Below, one piece after another: positions 37,241 to 46,580 of a stretch of DNA of 64,000 bases (its first letter is position 1; the number at the start of each line of letters is the position of its first letter). Under the pieces are notes generated by a model that saw nothing but the letters and a program-made list of their open reading frames with translations, was not told the DNA's origin and did no database searches. The translations under genes were made by a program, and so were the position numbers. Source of the DNA: an uncultured Spirochaetia bacterium (GTDB taxonomy: Bacteria > Oederibacteriota > PGYV01 > Palsa-1178). The stretch spans positions 34,823 through 98,822 of the forward strand of contig CAYUDX010000011.1 in NCBI GenBank assembly GCA_964443355.1. The letters run 5' to 3'.

Positions 37241-37529
37241 AAATTCACTAACATGAATGTTTTCAGGGATCTTTAAAATTTGACAATCAGAGAGTATTTT
37301 TAGAAGATAATTTAGAAGTATATAATGCCATATAAACCTAACCTTTTTCAATTAATAAAAAATTTTACAGTTTTCTTTTATCATCTTTCTTGTGAAAAAT
37401 TACACTAACTTTTGCGGAAAAGGAGGCAAATAACAGCATATTGGTAGCATTTGAAAAAAGCATTTATCCTGAATATGGCGAAGTTGCATATTACGGAAAA
37501 AATACAAATCATCAAAAGGGAGAAAAAGC

Positions 37530-38045
37530 ATGCCCACAGTAAAAGTGTTGCCGGCGGACGTGAAAAAGTTGGACGAGATCATCAAAGCTTATGAAAACAA
37601 GCAGGGACGGGTTCTTGGCGTCCTGGAAGAGGCGCAGAAGATAAATAAGCACAATTTTTTGCCCGAGGATACCATCAATTATATCTCCTCGAAGCTCAAT
37701 GTGCCGTTGTCGCGGCTTTATAGCATAGTTACATTTTATTCTTTTTTTAACCTCAAACCGCAGGGGGATCACACCATAATCGTATGCAGGGGAACAGCCT
37801 GTCACACAAAAGGGTCAAAATCCCTTCTGGACGATGTCGGCGGCCAGATGGGCGGCACAAAGGAACTGGAAGGCGGCGAGCCGTCTTTCACAACGCCGGA
37901 CAACAAGTTTACAATAAGGACCGTGGCCTGTTTCGGGCAATGCGCGCTGGCGCCTGTTGTGTCAATAGACGGGGTCATCCATTCTAATGTAACATCGTCG
38001 CAGCTTCGCAGGCTCGTTCAAAAAACGCAGAAGGGGAGGAAATAG
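37530..38045 (+). CDS. NuoE/HndA-like [2Fe-2S] thioredoxin-like subunit (diaphorase/bifurcating hydrogenase gamma-type)
   Basis: CRGTACHTKG...CFGQCALAPV motif; AGGGAG ribosome-binding site. Confidence 0.85.
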   Translation: MPTVKVLPADVKKLDEIIKAYENKQGRVLGVLEEAQKINKHNFLPEDTINYISSKLNVPLSRLYSIVTFYSFFNLKPQGDHTIIVCRGTACHTKGSKSLLDDVGGQMGGTKELEGGEPSFTTPDNKFTIRTVACFGQCALAPVVSIDGVIHSNVTSSQLRRLVQKTQKGRK

Positions 38046-38047
38046 AA

Positions 38048-41000
38048 ATGAAAATAAACGATATAACCGCCCTGAACAATCTCCAGAAAAAATCGCTCAA
38101 GAAACTTCTGCCCGATAAACCGATGATAGCGGTCGGAATGGGCACCTGCGGAATCGGCAACGGCGCGGACGAATTATTTATGGCCATAGGCAAGGCCATC
38201 AAGACGAAAAAAGCCGATATTATTCTCAATACCGTCGGTTGTTTCGGCTTTTGCGCCAATGAGCCCCTTGTCAATGTTTACATTCCCGGGCAGCCGCTGG
38301 TAATACTCAATAAAGTCGCAGCAAAGGACGCAACATCCATAGTAGAAGCAGTTTCAAAGGGGAATATGCCTCTGAAAAAGGCCATGTGTAAAATAGAGCA
38401 ATGGGACTTTTTGACCTCTAAGATAGAATACGGCAAAGGCCTGCCGCAGGTCCCGGTATGGGACGAGATCCCGTTCTTTAAGGGGCAGAAAAAAATGGTC
38501 CTTCGCGACGCCGGGCTAATCAATCCCGAGGATATCGAGGAATACATCGCGGTCGGAGGTTATCAGGCGCTCCTGAAATCATTGACGACAATGAAGCCGG
38601 ACGGGGTGCTCGAGGAAATGAAAAAATCAAAGCTCCGCGGACGCGGGGGCGCGGGTTTCCCGGTCGGAAGGAAATGGGAGCTCATGAAGAACGTGAAAGG
38701 CGACCAGAAATACGTTGTCTGCAACGCCGACGAGGGCGATCCGGGCGCTTACATGAACAGGAATGAGATAGAAAGCGACCCGCACGCCCTTATAGAAGGC
38801 ATGATAATAGGCGCATATGTAATGGGCGCGTCAAAGGGGATAGTTTACATAAGGGCCGAATATCCGCTTGCAGTGGAACGACTGAAAAAAGCCATCAATC
38901 AGGCCAAAGACAACGGATTTTTGGGCGAGAATATCTTCGGTTCGGGTTTTAATTTCGACCTTGATTATGTGGAAGGAGCCGGGGCGTTCGTTTGCGGAGA
39001 GGAAACCGCTCTGATGGCCTCAATAGAAGGCAAGGCCGGCAGGTCGATGCCCAGGCCGCCTTTTCCGGCCCAGAAAGGCATCGATGGTAAGCCCACCAAC
39101 ATCAATAACGTCGAAACGTGGGAAAACGTTCCCCTTATTCTCAACCGTGGCGGTGATTTTTTCGCGCAGACGGGTACGGAAAATTCATCGGGCACAAAGG
39201 TTTTTTCGCTGGTCGGGAAGATAAGGAACACCGGCCTTGTGGAACTGCCGCTCGGCACCCCGCTTGAAAAGATAATATATGAGATGGGCGAAGGCGCCGG
39301 CAAAAACAAGAAGATACGCGCCGTCCAGACCGGAGGCCCTTCCGGCGGATGCATACCGGTGGAGAGTTTCAACACTCCGGTCGATTACGAGTCATTGAAC
39401 GCGCTGGGCGCTATAATGGGTTCCGGTGGAATGGTCGTCATGGACCAGGATAACTGCATGGTGGACGTCGCCAGGTATTTCGTGGAATTCACATCCTCCG
39501 AGTCGTGCGGCAAATGCACCTCGTGCAGGGAAGGGCTTTCACAGTCCATGGAAATATTGAACAGGATAACCAAAGGCAAGGGAACGCTCGAGGATATTGA
39601 AACCCTTGAGAAACTCGCGATGGTGATAAAGGATTCTTCGCTGTGCGGGCTCGGACAGACCAGTGCGAACCCGGTTCTTACTACACTGCGTTACTTCAGG
39701 GACGAATACAAGGCGCACATCATAGAAAAAAGATGCAAAGCAGGCGTCTGCGAAAACCTCTTCATGGCGCTTTGCGAGAATTCATGCCCCATGCATATGA
39801 ACATACCCGCATACCTGCAGATGCTCAAGGAAGGCAGGATAGAGGACGCCTTTGAATCAACCCTGCGGGACAATCCGCTTCCCGGGACGCTCGGCCGCAT
39901 ATGCCACTTTCACTGCAAAATGCGCTGCAGAAGGGATACGGTCGATGAATCTGTGGCGCAGGGCGAGATACACCGTTACCTCGCGGATACCATTTATAAG
40001 ATGGGAAAGGAAAAACAGCTTTATACAAGGCTGATAAAGGAAAAACTCCCGGCGACCGGAAAGAAGATCGCCATAATAGGCGCAGGCCCGGCAGGATTGA
40101 CCGCCGCGTATTACCTGGTGCGGCTCGGACACACGGTTACGGTCTATGATTCGCATCCCCTGGCAGGCGGCATTCTTTATTACGGTATCCCGGCCTACAG
40201 GTTGCCAAAAGACGTGCTGGCCAAGGAAATCGAGCTCATAAAAAAGCTGGGCGTAAAATTCGTCATGAACACGATGGTTGGGACGGACATTTCGTTCAAG
40301 ACCATAGCAAAGGAAAACGATTCGGTTATAATTTCCGTGGGGGCGCAGAAAGACGCGTCGCTTGACATACCTGGAGCGGAGCTGAAAGGAGTCCATCCTG
40401 GATATGAATTCCTTGAGGACCACGCGAAAGGCAAGAAACTAAGGATAGGAAAAAAGGTGGCCATAATCGGCGCGGGCAATGTATCGATAGACGCGGCAAG
40501 GACCGCGCTGAGGCTCGGCTCTGAGGTCACAATAGTTTACCGCAGGGACCGCAATGAAATGCCGGCAAACCTTCATGAGATAGAGGATGCCGAGGCTGAA
40601 AAGATAAATTTCCGCCTGATGTGCGGCCCGACCAGGATACTCGGGGACGCTAAAGGGAACGTCAAAGGCCTCGAGGTTGAAAAGATGAAATTCGGCTCCA
40701 TTGACAGGTCGGGAAGGCGCAAACCCGTGGGAACGGGGGCGTGCGAAATAATCGACTGCGACACTGTCATACTCGCGGTCGGCGAGAAAGTGGATTCAAG
40801 TTTTGCCAAAGACCTGGGTATAGAGACGAACAAGGATGCGACTATCAAGACCAATCCTTTCACATACAGGACTTCAAACAGTTCTTTTTACGCGATAGGC
40901 GACGCCGTGACCGGACCGGCGACCGCGGCAGAGGCCATGGGAATAGCGAAAACAACGGCCGAAGCTGTCGACTTTGACCTTATGAAGGAACACAGGTTCT

Positions 41001-41203
41001 CCAGACTTTACAGGAAATTCGAATACAAGAACGAGGTGCCGTTGAAACCCGAAGGCGGCAGGAACACGAGGCCGAAAAAACTTGCCGTAAAGGAAAGGGT
41101 AACGAATTTTCAGGAAATACTTTCCGGCTACACGGGCGAACAGGCTCTTCGCGAATCAGTCAGGTGCCTGAGGTGCGACGTGCGCCCGGGCAACGAAGAA
41201 TAG
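38048..41203 (+). CDS. Triple-fusion flavoprotein: N-terminal HndB-like thioredoxin-like [2Fe-2S] domain, NuoF/HydB-like NADH-binding FMN 51-kDa core, and a C-terminal GltD/NfnB-like NAD(P)H:FAD oxidoreductase domain
   Basis: GMGTCGIGNG...CFGFC; GRGGAGFPVG, CNADEGDPGA, SCGKCTSCREG (NuoF); then CxxxC Fe-S motifs plus IAIIGAGPAGLTAAYYL and VAIIGAGNVSIDAA (GltD-like); 1051 aa. Confidence 0.85.
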   Translation: MKINDITALNNLQKKSLKKLLPDKPMIAVGMGTCGIGNGADELFMAIGKAIKTKKADIILNTVGCFGFCANEPLVNVYIPGQPLVILNKVAAKDATSIVEAVSKGNMPLKKAMCKIEQWDFLTSKIEYGKGLPQVPVWDEIPFFKGQKKMVLRDAGLINPEDIEEYIAVGGYQALLKSLTTMKPDGVLEEMKKSKLRGRGGAGFPVGRKWELMKNVKGDQKYVVCNADEGDPGAYMNRNEIESDPHALIEGMIIGAYVMGASKGIVYIRAEYPLAVERLKKAINQAKDNGFLGENIFGSGFNFDLDYVEGAGAFVCGEETALMASIEGKAGRSMPRPPFPAQKGIDGKPTNINNVETWENVPLILNRGGDFFAQTGTENSSGTKVFSLVGKIRNTGLVELPLGTPLEKIIYEMGEGAGKNKKIRAVQTGGPSGGCIPVESFNTPVDYESLNALGAIMGSGGMVVMDQDNCMVDVARYFVEFTSSESCGKCTSCREGLSQSMEILNRITKGKGTLEDIETLEKLAMVIKDSSLCGLGQTSANPVLTTLRYFRDEYKAHIIEKRCKAGVCENLFMALCENSCPMHMNIPAYLQMLKEGRIEDAFESTLRDNPLPGTLGRICHFHCKMRCRRDTVDESVAQGEIHRYLADTIYKMGKEKQLYTRLIKEKLPATGKKIAIIGAGPAGLTAAYYLVRLGHTVTVYDSHPLAGGILYYGIPAYRLPKDVLAKEIELIKKLGVKFVMNTMVGTDISFKTIAKENDSVIISVGAQKDASLDIPGAELKGVHPGYEFLEDHAKGKKLRIGKKVAIIGAGNVSIDAARTALRLGSEVTIVYRRDRNEMPANLHEIEDAEAEKINFRLMCGPTRILGDAKGNVKGLEVEKMKFGSIDRSGRRKPVGTGACEIIDCDTVILAVGEKVDSSFAKDLGIETNKDATIKTNPFTYRTSNSSFYAIGDAVTGPATAAEAMGIAKTTAEAVDFDLMKEHRFSRLYRKFEYKNEVPLKPEGGRNTRPKKLAVKERVTNFQEILSGYTGEQALRESVRCLRCDVRPGNEE

Positions 41204-41221
41204 TGAAAAGGAGAAAACCAA

Positions 41222-43000
41222 ATGGAGATAAAAAATCCGGTAAACGTAAAGATCAATAAAAATTCATACCAGGTCGAAAAAGGCTCCACGATACTGAAGG
41301 CATGCAGGGCGGCGGGAATAGAGATACCGACATTGTGTTTCCTCGAGGATGTTTCAAGCAACGCCTCATGCGGCATCTGCGTGGTAGAGGTAAAGAACGG
41401 CAAGTCGCTGATACGCTCGTGCATAACGGAAGTTTTTGAAAACATGGAAATATCAACGAATTCGGCAAGGGTAAGGGAAGCAAGGAAGATGAACCTCGAG
41501 CTTATCCTGGCAAACCACCCGAACGACTGCCTGAACTGCCTGCGCAACCAGAATTGCGAGCTGCAGAAGATGGCTTTTGAGCTCGGCATCAAGGAAACGC
41601 GTTTTGGAAGGACAAAAAAGCTCTCCGAGCTCGATGAAACATCGCCTTCCGTGGTAAGGGACCCGAACAAATGCATACTCTGCAAAAGATGCGTCAATGT
41701 GTGCGCGGATGTACAGACGGTTTACGCCATAGATATAACTCACAGGGGCATCAAAAGCAAAGTGACCCCGTATATGGACAAAGGGCTCGGCAACGTCGCG
41801 TGCACCAATTGCGGGCAGTGCGCCCTGGTGTGTCCGACCGGCGCCATCGTCGAAAAAGACAATACCGAAGAGGTCTGGAAAGAGCTCCAGGACCCGGAAA
41901 GAATAGTGCTTGTCCAGACGGCCCCGGCAATCAGGGTCGGCATAGGTGAAGCGATGGGCATGGAGCAGGGGGCCCTGGTAACCGGAAAAATGGTCTCAGC
42001 CCTGAGGAAACTCGGGTTTAACAAGGTATTCGACACGAATTTTACGGCCGACCTTACGATACTAGAGGAAGGGCACGAGCTTTTAAAAAGGCTCACAAAG
42101 GGCGGGACATTGCCCATGATAACATCCTGTTCGCCGGGCTGGATAAAATTTATCGAGCACTTTTTTCCGGAAGAAGTGGACCATCTCTCCACATGCAAAT
42201 CGCCGCAGCAGATGTTCGGCGCGGTAGCCAAGACCTATTACGCCGAAAAAATGCACATAGACCCGAGGAAAATATCGGTTGTATCCATAATGCCTTGCAC
42301 GGCGAAAAAGTATGAGGCAAAAAGGGGCGAGATGAAAGGCGCCTACGATTACTGGAAAGGCAGGATGAACCTTACCGAGGACGAAAAATTTTACGACGTT
42401 GATTACGTTCTCACAACAAGGGAACTTGCAAGGATGTTCACCGAGGCGGGAATACAGTTCGAATCCCTTCCCAAGGAAGAATTCGACAGCCCACTCGGGG
42501 CGTCCACCGGCGCGGCGGTGATATTCGGCGCCACAGGCGGAGTCATGGAAGCGGCGGTCAGGACGGTCTACGAAGTAGTTGTAGGCAAGCCCCTTGAAAA
42601 CCTTAATTTGATGCCGGTGAGGGGTTTTGAGGGAATAAGGGATGCCGAACTTGATCTGAACGGGACAAAGGTAAAAGTAGCTGTCGCGCACACCCTTAAA
42701 AACGCACGTAAACTTCTTGAGCAGATAGAAAAAGGCGAATCGCCCTATCATTTTATTGAGGTCATGACATGCCCCGGAGGATGCCTTGGCGGCGGCGGAC
42801 AGCCGATACCCACGACCTGGGACATCAGGAAGAAACGCGCGGAATCCATTTACGCCGAAGACAGCATGAAGGGGCTGCGCAAATCGCATGAGAACCCCGA
42901 GGTAAAGGCGCTTTATTCCGAGTTCCTGAAGGAGCCGCTCGGCCATCTTTCGCATGAGCTGCTCCATACGGAATACACAAAAAGAGGATATTTTATTTAA
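41222..43000 (+). CDS. hydA: [FeFe] hydrogenase large subunit, M3-type, with a non-canonical H-cluster L1 motif (TSCSPGW)
   Basis: N-terminal 2Fe-2S and HPNDC His-ligated 4Fe-4S domains, two ferredoxin-like CxxCxxCxxxCP motifs; L2 MPCTAKKYE; L3 EVMTCPGGCLGGGGQP; L1 reads ITSCSPGW (codons TCC TGT TCG CCG). Confidence 0.85.
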   Translation: MEIKNPVNVKINKNSYQVEKGSTILKACRAAGIEIPTLCFLEDVSSNASCGICVVEVKNGKSLIRSCITEVFENMEISTNSARVREARKMNLELILANHPNDCLNCLRNQNCELQKMAFELGIKETRFGRTKKLSELDETSPSVVRDPNKCILCKRCVNVCADVQTVYAIDITHRGIKSKVTPYMDKGLGNVACTNCGQCALVCPTGAIVEKDNTEEVWKELQDPERIVLVQTAPAIRVGIGEAMGMEQGALVTGKMVSALRKLGFNKVFDTNFTADLTILEEGHELLKRLTKGGTLPMITSCSPGWIKFIEHFFPEEVDHLSTCKSPQQMFGAVAKTYYAEKMHIDPRKISVVSIMPCTAKKYEAKRGEMKGAYDYWKGRMNLTEDEKFYDVDYVLTTRELARMFTEAGIQFESLPKEEFDSPLGASTGAAVIFGATGGVMEAAVRTVYEVVVGKPLENLNLMPVRGFEGIRDAELDLNGTKVKVAVAHTLKNARKLLEQIEKGESPYHFIEVMTCPGGCLGGGGQPIPTTWDIRKKRAESIYAEDSMKGLRKSHENPEVKALYSEFLKEPLGHLSHELLHTEYTKRGYFI

Positions 43001-43076
43001 AATGGTTTATAATAAAGACCGCCGGGATATCTGAAAAGCCCGGCGGGTTTTTAATAAACGCTGATGCGGAGAATAT

Positions 43077-43913
43077 ATGTATAAAATCACACTGAAGAAA
43101 CAGCTGACGAAGGACATCAAGCTCATGGGCGTACTCGCCCCGCATGTCGTGAAAAACGCGAAGGCCGGGAATTTTGTTATCGTGATACCAGGAGAGACCG
43201 GCGAAAGGGTCCCGCTTACCATTTATGATTGGGACTCAAAGAGCGGCGTTGTATATATCATCTTCCAGGAAGTGGGGGTTTCCACGGTAAAGCTGGGCAT
43301 GATGAACGAGGGCGATTCCGTGTATTCCATTGCGGGCCCGCTTGGCCGCCATTTCCACACCGAGAAATACGGCAATACGGTTGTCGTCGGCGGCGGCGTA
43401 GGAGTGCCGGCGATATTTCCGATAGCGAGGGCGCTTCGTTCCGAAGGCAACCGCGTGACATCCATCACGGGTTTCAGGAGCAGCGACCTTATCATCCTCG
43501 AAAAAGAAATGGGAACCGTTTCCGATAAGGTTATAACCGCCACGAACGACGGGTCAAGCGGCACAAAAGGGCTTGTGACCGATGCTCTGAAATCACTGCA
43601 TGATACCGGTGAAAAGATAGACCTGGTAGTGGCTGTGGGCCCCGTGGTCATGATGAAAGCCGTGTCCGAGCTTACAAAGCAGCTGGGGATAAAGACCATA
43701 GTTAGCCTGAACGCCCTCATGCTCGACGGGACAGGTATGTGCGGAGGCTGCAGGGTCACAATAGGCGGCAAGGTAAAATTCTCGTGCGTTGACGGCCCGG
43801 ATTTTGACGGACATCTTGTTAATTTCAACGAACTTACAAGCAGGCTCGCGACATTCAAGGCGGAAGAAAAAATATCGCTTGAGCACTGCAAAATACATCT
43901 GGCTGGCAGGTAA
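43077..43913 (+). CDS. nfnA: NfnA/SudB-like (PyrK-type) FAD/NAD-binding [2Fe-2S] subunit
   Basis: PyrK-like fold with a C-terminal CGGCRV...C motif; high similarity in pattern to NfnA (ferredoxin-NADP+ reductase α subunit). Confidence 0.8.
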   Translation: MYKITLKKQLTKDIKLMGVLAPHVVKNAKAGNFVIVIPGETGERVPLTIYDWDSKSGVVYIIFQEVGVSTVKLGMMNEGDSVYSIAGPLGRHFHTEKYGNTVVVGGGVGVPAIFPIARALRSEGNRVTSITGFRSSDLIILEKEMGTVSDKVITATNDGSSGTKGLVTDALKSLHDTGEKIDLVVAVGPVVMMKAVSELTKQLGIKTIVSLNALMLDGTGMCGGCRVTIGGKVKFSCVDGPDFDGHLVNFNELTSRLATFKAEEKISLEHCKIHLAGR

Positions 43914-43919
43914 ACAAAC

Positions 43920-45326
43920 ATGGCAAAAAAAGAACGCCTAAAAGTACGGCAGCAGGCGGCAAACGAAAGGATACGTAATTTCGAAGAAGTACCCTTCGGT
44001 TATGACGACAACGAGGCAAAACTCGAGGCGTCCCGCTGCCTTCAATGCAAGAACCCGACATGCATTCAGGGCTGTCCCGTCAATATAAACATAAAGGAAT
44101 TCATCAGTCAGATAGCCTCAGGGGACGTTGCCGGCGCTATCAAGACGATAAAAGAATCGAACAGCCTTCCGGCGGTCTGCGGAAGGGTATGCCCGCAGGA
44201 AACACAGTGCGAAGAAAAATGCGTCCTGTTAAAAACAGGGCAGGCGATCAATATCGGCGCTCTTGAGAGGTACGCAGCCGATTGGGAAGCCGCGAACATG
44301 GAAACAAAGGCACAGGTCATCACTCCGGTATTGGGCCGCGACGGCAAACAGATAAAAGTCGCGATAGCCGGCTCCGGACCGGCAGGACTGACCGTTGCCG
44401 GAGAACTTGCAAAGCTCGGTTATAAGGCGGTTATTTTTGAGGCCCTTCATCTGCCTGGAGGCGTGCTTGTATACGGCATTCCTGAATTCAGGCTGCCGAA
44501 GGCGATAGTGAAAAGGGAAGTCGATTACCTGAAAACACTCGGTGTGGAGATACAGACTGACGTACTTGTCGGGAAATCCTATACTATAGACGACCTGGTA
44601 CAGGATGGTTTTCAGGCTGTCTTTATAGGCGTAGGGGCCGGTACGCCGTCTTTTATGAACGTCCCGGGGGAAAATTTCAAAGGGGTTTATTCATCCAACG
44701 AGTTCCTTACGAGGATGAACCTTCTTAAAGCATATAAATTTCCGGAATACGACACGCCGGTCAAGCTTGGGAAAAAAGTCGCCGTGGTCGGGGCGGGAAA
44801 CGTGGCCATGGATTCGGCGCGTGTTTCCAGAAGGCTAAAGGGCGTGGAGGAGGTCCATATAATATACAGGCGTTCCGAGAAAGAAATGCCCGCCAGGCAC
44901 GAGGAGATCGAGCACGCTAAGGAAGAGGGGATAATACTGGACCTGCTTACCAATCCGGTTGAAATAATTTCCGATGAGAACGGTTTCGTATCAAAGATCA
45001 AATGCGTAAGGATGGAACTTTGCGAGCCCGACGCCTCGGGAAGATGCGGTACAAAGGCAATTCCGGGATCGGAATTCATCATGGAAGTCGACAATGTCAT
45101 CCCGGCGCTTGGGACAAAGGCCAATGAATTACTCACTACAAACGTCAAAGGCTTGAAATTAAACAAATGGGGTTACATAGAGGCAAACCCGGAGACCGGG
45201 GCTACTTCAATACCGGGAATATTCGCGGGCGGAGATATTTCAACGGGTTCGGCGACGGTTATAGCGGCAATGGGAGCCGGCAAAAAAGCCGCCGCAGCGA
45301 TCGACATTTATCTTAAGGCAAAGTAA
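43920..45326 (+). CDS. nfnB: NfnB/SudA/GltD-like NADPH-dependent oxidoreductase subunit (2×[4Fe-4S] plus FAD)
   Basis: CLQCKNPTCIQGCP...CGRVCPQETQCEEKC, IAGSGPAGLTVAGEL, VVGAGNVAMDSA; 7 nt after nfnA. Confidence 0.8.
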   Translation: MAKKERLKVRQQAANERIRNFEEVPFGYDDNEAKLEASRCLQCKNPTCIQGCPVNINIKEFISQIASGDVAGAIKTIKESNSLPAVCGRVCPQETQCEEKCVLLKTGQAINIGALERYAADWEAANMETKAQVITPVLGRDGKQIKVAIAGSGPAGLTVAGELAKLGYKAVIFEALHLPGGVLVYGIPEFRLPKAIVKREVDYLKTLGVEIQTDVLVGKSYTIDDLVQDGFQAVFIGVGAGTPSFMNVPGENFKGVYSSNEFLTRMNLLKAYKFPEYDTPVKLGKKVAVVGAGNVAMDSARVSRRLKGVEEVHIIYRRSEKEMPARHEEIEHAKEEGIILDLLTNPVEIISDENGFVSKIKCVRMELCEPDASGRCGTKAIPGSEFIMEVDNVIPALGTKANELLTTNVKGLKLNKWGYIEANPETGATSIPGIFAGGDISTGSATVIAAMGAGKKAAAAIDIYLKAK

Positions 45327-45647
45327 TTAATTAATATAGTTTGGGACAGGGACAAATCGCACTTTAACGTGTATCATATTGAAAAAGTTCAATAGATACC
45401 GACTATATCTTTATGCCCGGTATTGTCTAAAATCTTTTTTTCACAAGCAAATTGACAAATTGCTACCATTATGATATCATTTAAATGTTACCCGGTATTT
45501 TTCATTTTACTTTTAAAGAATATTATGGCGTTTTTTTTATCTTGACATAATTTGGGCTTCGCTGTATATTCTCACCAATTAAAGACTAACTTTTTACATA
45601 GTCACAGGAGAGTTCAGAGCCGCTCTCTGCCTTTAATATAAAAACAT

Positions 45648-45663
45648 GTGAAAATAATCACAT
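45648..45663. promoter_or_regulatory. TGTGA-N6-TCACA palindrome (CRP/FNR-type or Rex-type operator) ~30 nt upstream of the hnd-type operon
   Basis: aTGTGAaaataaTCACAt, centred ~35 nt upstream of the 45690 ATG. Confidence 0.45.
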
Positions 45664-45689
45664 ACTAAAATATACGGAGGTAAATGCAC

Positions 45690-46187
45690 ATGATGTTAGA
45701 AAAGCAAGAGATACAGCTTGAAAAACCGCTGCTTGATTTCATGGACCAATGGAAAGACAAGCCGGGCAATGAGATCATGGTACTGCACAAGATCCAGGAA
45801 ATATACGGGTATGTGCCGAGAAAAGTGGCAATGGAAGTGTCCAGGTTGATGGGCATACCGCTTGCGAAGATTTACGGCATTATTACATTTTATCATTTAT
45901 TCAAGCTTTCCAAACCCGGCAAGAACCAGATCCAGGTGTGCCTGGGTACGGCCTGCTATCTTAAAGGCAGCAATGACATTATACAGGAGATAGAGAATAT
46001 CCTGGGAGTCGCGGTAAATTCCACAAGCGACGATGGAATGTTTTCCCTCGAAATAGTCCGTTGCGTCGGTTGCTGCGGACTGGCTCCGGTGATGCTAGTC
46101 AACGGAAAAACCCACGGCAACGTGCTGAAAACAGACCTGCCGAAGATCCTTGGCGAATACAGCAAAAAAGAGGAGGCGCTTAAATAA
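45690..46187 (+). CDS. HndA/HydC/NuoE-like [2Fe-2S] subunit of a bifurcating [FeFe] hydrogenase
   Basis: CLGTACYLKG...CVGCCGLAPV; GGAGG ribosome-binding site. Confidence 0.85.
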   Translation: MMLEKQEIQLEKPLLDFMDQWKDKPGNEIMVLHKIQEIYGYVPRKVAMEVSRLMGIPLAKIYGIITFYHLFKLSKPGKNQIQVCLGTACYLKGSNDIIQEIENILGVAVNSTSDDGMFSLEIVRCVGCCGLAPVMLVNGKTHGNVLKTDLPKILGEYSKKEEALK

Positions 46188-46570
46188 TGGAAAAGATGAA
46201 AAAGGGCGACCTTGAAAAATTCAGGAAAAATTACAAGACAGAGCAAAAGGGAGAAGTAATGATCTCCATGGGCACCTGCGGGATAGCCGCCGGCGGCGAC
46301 GCTGTATATAAGATATTCGAGGACGAACTGAAAAGCAACGGGCTTGAGGGAAGCGTAAAGCTCAAGAAAACAGGCTGCCTGGGGATGTGCTTTTGCGAGC
46401 CCAATATGGTTGTAAAGATAAACGGCATGCCCGAGATACTTTACGGCAACGTCGACGAAAAAGCCGCCCACGCGATCGTGTCGGAACACATTATCAAGAA
46501 AAACATACTGAACAATTATGTTATATTCATGCCTTCGACGGATACCGGCAAGAATATATTCAAAGACTAG
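46187..46570 (+). CDS. HndB-like small thioredoxin-like [2Fe-2S] ferredoxin subunit
   Basis: MGTCGIAAGG...GCLGMCFCEP; homologous to the N-terminal domain of the 38048 fusion protein. Confidence 0.75.
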   Translation: MEKMKKGDLEKFRKNYKTEQKGEVMISMGTCGIAAGGDAVYKIFEDELKSNGLEGSVKLKKTGCLGMCFCEPNMVVKINGMPEILYGNVDEKAAHAIVSEHIIKKNILNNYVIFMPSTDTGKNIFKD

Positions 46571-46580
46571 GAGGCCTGCG

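Noticed and set aside
37269-37330. Second TTGACA and TATAAT-like hexamers in the hydrogenase leader, considered as a second promoter
   Set aside because: The spacing between TTGACA (37270) and the nearest TATAAT-like hexamer is ~34 nt, and the alternative -35 is poor (ttttag). I mention it only as a weak possibility.
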